From contig JAQWLJ010000011.1 of NCBI GenBank assembly GCA_029247365.1, positions 82,890 through 146,889 on the forward strand: a stretch of DNA of 64,000 bases. The letters run 5' to 3'. This document shows positions 57,075 to 64,000 of this stretch, in pieces; the stretch's first letter is position 1, and the number at the start of each line of letters is the position of its first letter. The notes beneath the pieces are model-generated. The model saw nothing but the letters and a program-made list of their open reading frames with translations. It was not told where the DNA came from and searched no databases. The position numbers and the translations under genes are program-made. The DNA comes from Acidimicrobiales bacterium. Its GTDB lineage: Bacteria; Actinomycetota; Acidimicrobiia; Acidimicrobiales; Aldehydirespiratoraceae.

Positions 57075-58728
57075 CGCGATAGGTCTCCACCCCGGCGACG
57101 AAGGTGTGGCGGTAGCCGTCAGCTCGCTGCACGATTCGACGACCACCGGCCGGCAGGTCGTAGAGCAACTCAGGTTGGTGTACACGGAGGCGGTCGAAGT
57201 CGATCACGTTGAGGTCGGCGCGGTACCCCGGCGCGATCACGCCCCGATCATCGAGGCCCACAACCGCCGCCGTATCGGCGCACTGCCGCTTGATCAGGAA
57301 CTCGAGTTCGATCTTCTCACCCTTGCGATCGCGGCCCCAGTGCTGCAGCAGTGTGGTCGGGAACGAGCCGTCGCAGATCGTGCCAACATGCGCCCCGCCA
57401 TCGGAGAGCGCCGGAACGGTATACGGGTGGGTGAGAAGCTCTCGAGTGCCGTCGAGGTTGCCTTGCCCAAAGTTCGAGAACGGCACCCACAGCATCGCAG
57501 TGCCGTCGTTTTCTAGCATCGCGTCGAGCGCGACCTCAGGGGCCGTTTGGCCGGTGCGCTCGGCGATCGCCAGCACGGAGTCGTTGGGGTCGGGTTCGTA
57601 ATTCGGATCCTCGCCGAGAGGGAACATAATGTCGTACTTCTCGATCAGCCGGCCGCCGACGGCCTGCATGTCCTTGCCACCCGCTGCGTCGAGCAGACGA
57701 GCTCGGAAGTTGGGGTCGCAAAGCATCTCGGTGCGTTCGGCTTGATGAAGACCGGCGACCTCGAGGTACACCGGGTTGACGAGGAACGGGTTGAGCGTGC
57801 ATTCGAAGCCGAGAAGCACCCCGATCGGCCGCACTGCGGTCTGGCCGGTGACGCGGAGCCCATCGTCTCGGGCGTTCTCGATGTGTTCGAGGATGCGCCG
57901 GTGATAGTCGTAGCCGCGGGGTGATTCGACAAGCGTGAAGCTGACGGGGAGCCCCGACGATTCGGTCATTGCCCGCACGAGCGCAAACTCACCGTCGATG
58001 TCGGTGAAGTCGCTCACGAGCTGCAGCACCCCGCGACCCGTGGTACCGATCGCCTCGGCGATCCCCACAAGCTCGTCTCGCGCTGCGGTGAGGGTAGGTG
58101 TCGGCTCGCCGAGTGAGGTCTTGTGATTCTGGGTGCGGCTGGTGGTGAAGCCAAGGAAGCCAGCGTCGATCCCTTCGGCCGCGAGGCGTCCCATCTCAGC
58201 GATGTCGTCTGGTTCGGCTTCCTCACCCTTGGCCCCGCGCTCCCCCATCACGTGCAGGCGCAGAGCGGCATGCGGAACCTGTGCCGCAATGTTGATGTCC
58301 TTGGGCCCGTCAAGGGCATCGAGGTACTCCGCCAGCGTATTCCACTCCCAGGTGAGGCCTTCGTGAAGCGCGGTGCCGGGAATGTCCTCCACTCCCTCCA
58401 TCAACTGCACCAGACGTTCGTGATCGGTGTCGTGACACGGTGCAAAACCAACACCACAGTTACCGAAAACAACCGTTGTGACGCCGTGCCACGATGACGG
58501 CTGCATCGTCGCTTCCCACGTCGCCTGGCCGTCGTAGTGGGTGTGAATGTCGACAAAACCGGGCGCCACGACCATGCCCGATGCGTCGACTTCGCGTTCG
58601 CCGCTGCCTTCGATCACACCGACCGCAGTGACGATGCCGTCGTCGATTGCCACATCTGCAACTCGGCGAGTTGCACCGGTGCCGTCGATGAGCGTTCCGC
58701 CGCGAATGACCAGATCGTGCGATGCCAT
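56998..58728 (-). CDS. N-acyl-D-amino-acid deacylase (D-aminoacylase) family amidohydrolase
   Basis: The track ORF is 56998..58956. ATG 58728 gives MASHDLVIRGGTLIDGTG...APGFVDIHTHYDGQ...VVFGNCGVGFAPC, canonical for the D-aminoacylase family. Confidence 0.8.
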   Translation of the reverse strand: MASHDLVIRGGTLIDGTGATRRVADVAIDDGIVTAVGVIEGSGEREVDASGMVVAPGFVDIHTHYDGQATWEATMQPSSWHGVTTVVFGNCGVGFAPCHDTDHERLVQLMEGVEDIPGTALHEGLTWEWNTLAEYLDALDGPKDINIAAQVPHAALRLHVMGERGAKGEEAEPDDIAEMGRLAAEGIDAGFLGFTTSRTQNHKTSLGEPTPTLTAARDELVGIAEAIGTTGRGVLQLVSDFTDIDGEFALVRAMTESSGLPVSFTLVESPRGYDYHRRILEHIENARDDGLRVTGQTAVRPIGVLLGFECTLNPFLVNPVYLEVAGLHQAERTEMLCDPNFRARLLDAAGGKDMQAVGGRLIEKYDIMFPLGEDPNYEPDPNDSVLAIAERTGQTAPEVALDAMLENDGTAMLWVPFSNFGQGNLDGTRELLTHPYTVPALSDGGAHVGTICDGSFPTTLLQHWGRDRKGEKIELEFLIKRQCADTAAVVGLDDRGVIAPGYRADLNVIDFDRLRVHQPELLYDLPAGGRRIVQRADGYRHTFVAGVETYRDGEATGELPGQLIRGPQAAPTSGGT

Positions 58729-58783
58729 AGCTCCATGATGCCGGTAGTAGGCCATGGCGTCACGTTCGTGGCAGTCTTGGGCT

Positions 58784-59551
58784 ATGTCGCGCCCGTACCC
58801 ACTGCAGGTTGCTGCCGAGATCCGGGCGGTCGGTGAGTTCGGTTCATTTGCGCTTGGCGCCCCCGTTCTGCGGCGATTCCTGCCGACCGGGAGCCGACCC
58901 GTCTTCGTGATGCCGGGGTTTCTTGCCGACGACATCAGCACGAGTCCGCTGCGCAAGGTGCTCGACGCGCTCGGTCACACTACATACGGCTGGGATCTTG
59001 GTCGCAACCTCGGGCCTACCCCCCAAATCCTCGACGGCATCGTCGAACGCCTCGATGAACTCCACCAAAAATACGGCGAGATTGACATCATCGGCTGGAG
59101 CCTCGGTGGAATCTACGCCCGCGAACTGGCGCGCATTGCGCCCCACGCGATCCGCCAAGTCATCACCCTCGGCAGTCCATTCCAGATCGAAACACCCAGC
59201 GACAGCAATGCGTCGGCGGCGTACCGCTCGCTCAGCCACCTTCACGCTCCCGAACTCGAGATGCGCGTCCCCGCATACGTCCGCGAACCGCTCGAGGTGC
59301 CCGCCACGTCGATCTACACACGCAGCGACGGCGTGGTCCGGTGGCAGCACTGCCTCAACCACGACGAGGACCACACCGAGAACGTCGAGGTCTACGGAAG
59401 CCATTGCGGCCTGGGTTTTAACCTTGCCGCGCTGATCGTGGTCGCCGACCGCCTCGCCCAGCCGATCGGAGGCTGGCGGCCATTCCGGGTACGACGGACG
59501 TTACGAACATTGTTTCCAACCGCGCCGACCTACCGCGTTCCGGCCGCCTGA
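58784..59551 (+). CDS. alpha/beta-fold hydrolase (esterase/lipase-like)
   Basis: ORF 58754..59551 with the nucleophile elbow GWSLGG. It is divergent from the D-aminoacylase. Confidence 0.65.
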   Translation: MSRPYPLQVAAEIRAVGEFGSFALGAPVLRRFLPTGSRPVFVMPGFLADDISTSPLRKVLDALGHTTYGWDLGRNLGPTPQILDGIVERLDELHQKYGEIDIIGWSLGGIYARELARIAPHAIRQVITLGSPFQIETPSDSNASAAYRSLSHLHAPELEMRVPAYVREPLEVPATSIYTRSDGVVRWQHCLNHDEDHTENVEVYGSHCGLGFNLAALIVVADRLAQPIGGWRPFRVRRTLRTLFPTAPTYRVPAA

Positions 59552-59573
59552 TTTCGCGTTCCTGATCAGCGGA

Positions 59574-61493
59574 TCAGGTCGCCAGCTCGGGCCGATCCCG
59601 GAAGTGCTCCAAGGCCTCCGGGTTGGCCAACGCCTCCACGTTCTTGATCGCGCGTCCCGTCACGATGTCGCGCACCGCGAGCTCGGTGATCTTCCCGCTT
59701 CGAGTACGAGGGATGTCATCAACCGCCGCGATGACGGCAGGTACGTGGCGCGGGGTGACCTCGGCGCGGATCCGCGAGCGGATCACCGTACTGAGCTCGT
59801 CGCTGAGGTCGTGGCCCGCTGCCATCTTCACAAACAAAACAATCCGCGTGTCGTTCTCCCACGGTTGACCGATGACAACGCTTTCCTCGATCTCGGGCAT
59901 GGTGTCGACCCGACGGTAGATCTCGGCGGTTCCAATGCGCACCCCTCCCGGATTGAGGGTGGCATCGGAGCGGCCGCTGATGACATAGCCACCCCAGAGA
60001 CTGCGCGAGATGAAATCGCCGTGATGCCACATCCCCTCGAATCGGTCGAAGTACGCAGCGTCGTAGCGCTCGTGATTGGGATCGTCCCAGAAGTGAAGCG
60101 GCGTTGAGGGGAACGGGGCTCGGCACACGAGTTCGCCCTCGACGGTGGTGGCCACCGATGCACCGTGCTCGTCGACCACGTCAACGTCGATCGCGAGTGC
60201 CGGGGCCTGAATCTCACCTGCGTGCACTGACGCGAGCGGGTTCCCAATGACCAGACATCCGCAGAGATCAGTGCCACCCGACATCGACACCAGATGGACA
60301 TCGGTCTTGATCGCGTCGTAGACGAACTCGAAGCCTTCAGGGTTCAGGGTCGACCCGGTCGAGGTGAGTGTCCGAACGCTCGACAGGTCGTGGGTGTCGA
60401 TCGGCCGGATCCCAGCATGGGCGCATGCGTCGAGGAACTTGGCCGACGTACCGAGCAGTGTTACGCCCACCTCGTCGGCGAGATCGAACACCCGGTTGTG
60501 ATCAGGCCATGTCGGTGCGCCGTCGTACAACACCAGTGTCGCATCGGCCGCGAGGACCGAAGCGAGCCAGTTCCACATCATCCAGCCGGCCGTCGTGAAA
60601 TAGAAGACCCTGTCGCCGGGCCGGATATCGCAGTGCAGCACCTGCTCGGTGAGGTGCTTGAGAAGTACCCCTCCCGTCCGGTGCACGATGCACTTCGGCT
60701 TCCCGGTCGTGCCCGAGGAAAAGAGGACGTACCAGGGATGATCGAAGGGCAACGACTCGAACGTGATCGGCGCAGCCGCGACCCCATCGAGCCATCCAGG
60801 TTCGATCACGACAACCGAGGCGACGCTCGGCAACGCGCGGCAAACCTCCTGGAGACGGTCGAGGCAATCATGGCGCTTGCCGTTGTAGACATAGTCAGGC
60901 ACGGCGAACAACACGAGCGGTTCGATCTGCCCAAACCGGTCGACCACGCCATCGACGCCGAAATCCGGTGACGTCGACGCAAACGTCGCACCCAGCCCAG
61001 CTGCGGCAAGCATCACTGCGTAGGTTTCGGGCCGGTTCGGCAGCCACGCAGCGACGCGATCGCCAACCCCCACCCCCGCGTCACGGAGCACAACCTGAAT
61101 ACGAGCGACCATGTCGTGGAGTTCGGCCCGTGTGAGGTCAATGGCTTCGCCGTCCTCACCCCGGAATATCATCGCCATCTCGTTTGTCGGTTGGCCGAGC
61201 AGGTTCTCGGCCACGTTGAGCATCGCGTCGGGAAGGAATCGGACGTCACGGAAACGTTCGGCATCTTCGATGAGTCGCTCACCTCGATCGCCGATGACGC
61301 CGAAGGTGTCCCACACAAGCGCCCAGAACTCACCCCGTGAAGCGATGCTCCACTCGTGAAAGCGTTCGTAGGCCGTCACTGGGTCAGCCGGCAGTTCAAG
61401 CCCAACCTCAGCCGCTGCCGCCGTCATGAACCGGTACAGGTTGGTGTTTCGAACCAGCGCAGGATCGGGTGACCAGAGAGGCGCATCGATCAT
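59574..61493 (-). CDS. acetoacetate--CoA ligase (acetoacetyl-CoA synthetase)
   Basis: 639 aa. The N-terminus MIDAPLWSPDP...FHEWSI..RGEFWALVWD and the AMP-binding core YVLFSSGTTGKPK are typical of acetoacetyl-CoA synthetases. Confidence 0.8.
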   Translation of the reverse strand: MIDAPLWSPDPALVRNTNLYRFMTAAAAEVGLELPADPVTAYERFHEWSIASRGEFWALVWDTFGVIGDRGERLIEDAERFRDVRFLPDAMLNVAENLLGQPTNEMAMIFRGEDGEAIDLTRAELHDMVARIQVVLRDAGVGVGDRVAAWLPNRPETYAVMLAAAGLGATFASTSPDFGVDGVVDRFGQIEPLVLFAVPDYVYNGKRHDCLDRLQEVCRALPSVASVVVIEPGWLDGVAAAPITFESLPFDHPWYVLFSSGTTGKPKCIVHRTGGVLLKHLTEQVLHCDIRPGDRVFYFTTAGWMMWNWLASVLAADATLVLYDGAPTWPDHNRVFDLADEVGVTLLGTSAKFLDACAHAGIRPIDTHDLSSVRTLTSTGSTLNPEGFEFVYDAIKTDVHLVSMSGGTDLCGCLVIGNPLASVHAGEIQAPALAIDVDVVDEHGASVATTVEGELVCRAPFPSTPLHFWDDPNHERYDAAYFDRFEGMWHHGDFISRSLWGGYVISGRSDATLNPGGVRIGTAEIYRRVDTMPEIEESVVIGQPWENDTRIVLFVKMAAGHDLSDELSTVIRSRIRAEVTPRHVPAVIAAVDDIPRTRSGKITELAVRDIVTGRAIKNVEALANPEALEHFRDRPELAT

Positions 61494-62559
61494 GCCCCCA
61501 CACTACGGTCTCGGCGTGGCCTCGATACCGAGAGCGGCTGTGCGCCGACCGATCAGCTATGGCATCACCACTGTCGTGGCATTGCTGTTCATGGTGCTCA
61601 CCCCCGCCGTACTCCCACTGTTGTATCTGACCGACTTAGTCACCGGTCATGCCCGCGGCAAACGCAGCCGCGTGTGGTTGCTGTTCGGGGCCACAATCTG
61701 GTTCGAGTACCTCGGTATCTTCGGCGCGACCGCTCTTTGGGTTCGTTTTCTGGGGGGCCGCATCAATCCCGGCGGCTGGGTGGCGGCGAACTACCGGCTG
61801 GAGTTCTGGTGGTGCCGCAGCCACCTGCACAATCTTCGACGGTTCGCTGGGGTGAAGATCAACCTCCTCGACGTCGACCCGCTCCGCGGTGGCCGCTCGA
61901 TCGTGGTCTCGCGACACTCCAGTCACATCGACGCAATCGTGCCACTCACCGTGCTCGAGATAGCCGATCGGACTCCTTGCTACACGCTCAAGCAAGACCT
62001 CCAGTGGGCGCCAGCAATGGACCTCGTCGGGCAACGCACCCACAACGTCTGGATCGACCGTACGCCACAGCCCGGCTCACCGATGATCGCTGAGATCGAG
62101 CAACTTGCCCGCGACATGCCCCCCGATGGCAGCGCCGTGATTTTTCCGGAAGGCACCTTTCGAACGCTTGAGCGACACGACCGAGCGATCGAACGGCTCC
62201 GACGAACCCGTCCTGAGTTGGCCGACCGTGCCGACCGCCTCCGCTACGTGCTCCCGCCCCGACCAGCCGGAACGCTTGCCCTGCTCCACGGGGCACCAGA
62301 CGCCGACATCGTCATCCTCGCCAACGTTGGCACCGAGGGCCGCAGCGAAATCACCGACATCATCGCCACGATCGACGAACCGCACCCGATCACTGTCATG
62401 GCCACTCGCTACGCCCGTGCCGACGTCCCCAACGACGACAACGAGTTCACCGAGTGGCTCGTCGACCGCTGGCTCGACATGGATGATTGGATTCACGCGC
62501 AGTTGACGGCAAATTCGCACCCGGTGGCGGCGACTGACCACACCCCGGTCGAGCCATGA
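61492..62559 (+). CDS. membrane-anchored PlsC-family acyltransferase
   Basis: ORF 61426..62559 with N-terminal TM segments, SRHSSHIDAIV (HX4D) and FPEGTFRT. The start is ATG 61492, or possibly 61426 or 61516. Confidence 0.65.
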   Translation: MPPHYGLGVASIPRAAVRRPISYGITTVVALLFMVLTPAVLPLLYLTDLVTGHARGKRSRVWLLFGATIWFEYLGIFGATALWVRFLGGRINPGGWVAANYRLEFWWCRSHLHNLRRFAGVKINLLDVDPLRGGRSIVVSRHSSHIDAIVPLTVLEIADRTPCYTLKQDLQWAPAMDLVGQRTHNVWIDRTPQPGSPMIAEIEQLARDMPPDGSAVIFPEGTFRTLERHDRAIERLRRTRPELADRADRLRYVLPPRPAGTLALLHGAPDADIVILANVGTEGRSEITDIIATIDEPHPITVMATRYARADVPNDDNEFTEWLVDRWLDMDDWIHAQLTANSHPVAATDHTPVEP

Positions 62560-62738
62560 GCGGCCAACTCGGCGCGCTCGACCGCGTCGACTGGGGCACC
62601 GGCTTCTTCTTCGAGGCGGCGGCCGATCTCCGACCGATGCGTTGTCGGTCCAACCCAACCAACCACGAAGACATGGTTCACGCCGCCCACAGGTCCTCGT
62701 TCGTGCCCCACCGTCCGACCGTGGAGATCAGTACATGA
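62556..62738 (+). CDS. small hypothetical ORF (60 aa) coupled at both ends
   Basis: Its ATG overlaps the acyltransferase stop (ATGA) and its TGA overlaps the hisN-like ATG (ATGA). The first half has coding-like GC3. No recognisable domain. Confidence 0.3.
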   Translation: MSGQLGALDRVDWGTGFFFEAAADLRPMRCRSNPTNHEDMVHAAHRSSFVPHRPTVEIST

Positions 62739-63514
62739 CGGCACCTCCTGCCGACCCCAACGACCTTGCATTCGCAATCGATCTCGCTCGCCGTGCCGGC
62801 GCAACCACCCTCGCACTCTTCCAAAGCCGCTCGCTTCAAGTCGACTACAAGGGCGATGGATCGCCGGTGACCGCCGCCGACCTTGCGGCCGAGACCTTCA
62901 TTCGGAAGCGCCTGGCGGACGTGCACCCAGGCGACGGAATCGTTGGCGAAGAACACGGTGAGCAAGACACGGCCACCGGACGGACCTGGGTCGTTGACCC
63001 GATCGACGGGACCAAGGCGTTCACCAAAGGCGTTCCGCTCTACGCCACGCTGATCGCGATGATCGACGAACACGGTCCCGCTATCGGCGTGATCCATCTG
63101 CCCGGGCTCGGCGAAACCGTCGCAGCGGGCCGAGGCCTGGGCGCTACCTGGAACGGTGAGCCGTGCCGAGTGTCAGACCATGTTGGCGTCGACGGCGCCT
63201 ACGTCATGACGAGTGGCTTCTCCTATTGGCCCGACGACGCACTCGACGCCGTGCTCACGAGCCCTGCGGTCTTGCGCACCTGGGGTGACGCCTACGGCTA
63301 CGCGCTGGTCGCGACCGGCCGAGCCGAGGCGATGATCGACCCGTTGGCCAACCCATGGGACATCGCGCCGATTTCCATAATCATTCCCGAGGCGGGCGGG
63401 ACGTTCTCCGGCTTCGACGGCCACACCGGACCCGACACCTGGCAGCGTGGCTCCGGCATGGCGACGAACGGCTCAGTCCACGCAGAGCTGCTCGGGCTGT
63501 GGGGAGCCGGCTAA
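62735..63514 (+). CDS. hisN: inositol monophosphatase family protein, histidinol-phosphatase (HisN)-like
   Basis: ORF 62642..63514. ATG 62735 is preceded by GGAG. Features are SPVTAADLAAE, GEEHG, VVDPIDGTKAF and WDIAP. The overall pattern matches actinobacterial HisN as I recall it. Confidence 0.6.
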   Translation: MTAPPADPNDLAFAIDLARRAGATTLALFQSRSLQVDYKGDGSPVTAADLAAETFIRKRLADVHPGDGIVGEEHGEQDTATGRTWVVDPIDGTKAFTKGVPLYATLIAMIDEHGPAIGVIHLPGLGETVAAGRGLGATWNGEPCRVSDHVGVDGAYVMTSGFSYWPDDALDAVLTSPAVLRTWGDAYGYALVATGRAEAMIDPLANPWDIAPISIIIPEAGGTFSGFDGHTGPDTWQRGSGMATNGSVHAELLGLWGAG

Positions 63515-63539
63515 CAAGAAGCCGTGGCGCAGCAGCCGA

Positions 63540-64000
63540 TCACGACGCCAGTTGTCCGAAGATCTCCTGGTAGCCGGCATCGGGCTCAGATGGAGGACTA
63601 CCGAGTTGGCTCTCGCATGTGACTCCTGCTTCTGGGGCAGTTTCTGAGACTCGACCCAACTGAACTTCGGCGAATTCGGTGACGACGGAGTCGCTGATGC
63701 GCTCCACCGCAACCTGGCGCTGCCACGCCGACAGCACAATTGGGTTCTTGAGCCCGGGATAGGGGGCGGCAAGGTAGTGGCCGTTCGAAGAGACGAGCGC
63801 AGCGATCGCATCGACCTCGTTGACCGGGAGATCCGGGTCGTATGCGATCCAGATCGCACCGTGCTCCATCGAGTGCACAGCCGTCTCGGCTCGAATCGGC
63901 TCGGTGTAAAAGCCGCATGCCTGCCAAACCGGGAAGTGTGAGCCGCTCGTTGGTGGACTGGTCGAGTACTCGACATCGCACAGAACGTGGTCGGTGCCGT
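63540..64000 (-). CDS. DUF3105 domain protein, 5' end beyond window
   Basis: The track ORF 63540..63878 starts at an internal GTG. The same frame stays open to base 64000: ...GTDHVLCDVEYSTSPPTSGSHFPVWQACGFYTEPIRAETAVHSMEHGAIWIAYDPD, which matches the DUF3105 signature as I recall it. Confidence 0.65.
   Translation of the reverse strand, partial: GTDHVLCDVEYSTSPPTSGSHFPVWQACGFYTEPIRAETAVHSMEHGAIWIAYDPDLPVNEVDAIAALVSSNGHYLAAPYPGLKNPIVLSAWQRQVAVERISDSVVTEFAEVQLGRVSETAPEAGVTCESQLGSPPSEPDAGYQEIFGQLAS

Overview
This is a dense, visibly high-GC (strong GC3 bias) chromosomal segment that looks Actinomycetota-like. The supporting content is F420-type LLM and PPOX enzymes, a mycothiol/DinB-type enzyme, an MMPL transporter, KatG and several TetR regulators. 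I support about 62 protein-coding genes, 2 tRNAs (Ser-GCU, Arg-ACG) and a few hairpins and operator-like palindromes. I see no rRNA, CRISPR array, transposase, integrase or phage gene, so this reads as core or metabolic-accessory chromosome rather than a mobile island. Recognisable modules are:
- Rieske protein, two LLM oxidoreductases and an M20 amidohydrolase
- acyl-CoA dehydrogenase, esterase and crotonase
- MMPL with a divergent TetR
- ArsR-hydantoinase A/B-FAD oxidase operon
- gpmI
- sbcDC
- a zinc uptake locus (znuA, znuB, znuC, zur)
- TetR-betA facing a 2OG-oxygenase/type-B carboxylesterase pair
- glnS
- CoA-transferase
- katG
- a TetR/ADC-like/DUF2855/cupin cluster
- azlCD
- a minus-strand oxidative cluster (D-aminoacylase, TauD-like, GPx, P450, NTF2-like)
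- acetoacetyl-CoA synthetase and hisN-like phosphatase

The strongest finding is a glutathione peroxidase whose catalytic residue is encoded by an in-frame TGA, followed by an fdhF-like SECIS hairpin. This is a selenoprotein gene, and the ORF track shows only its 69-aa C-terminal fragment. Other points worth a second look:
- a PlsC-type acyltransferase interrupted by an in-frame TGA
- a frameshifted VOC gene
- a ZnuA with a 79-residue pure D/H/E/G loop built from 9-bp tandem repeats, plus Zur-box-like palindromes
- a 2OG-oxygenase/FAD-oxidoreductase/beta-propeller-lipoprotein operon of unknown role

I found no clear novel multi-gene defence or mobile system. All functional calls rest on motif and family recognition by eye. 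Start codons are inferred. No database search was possible.
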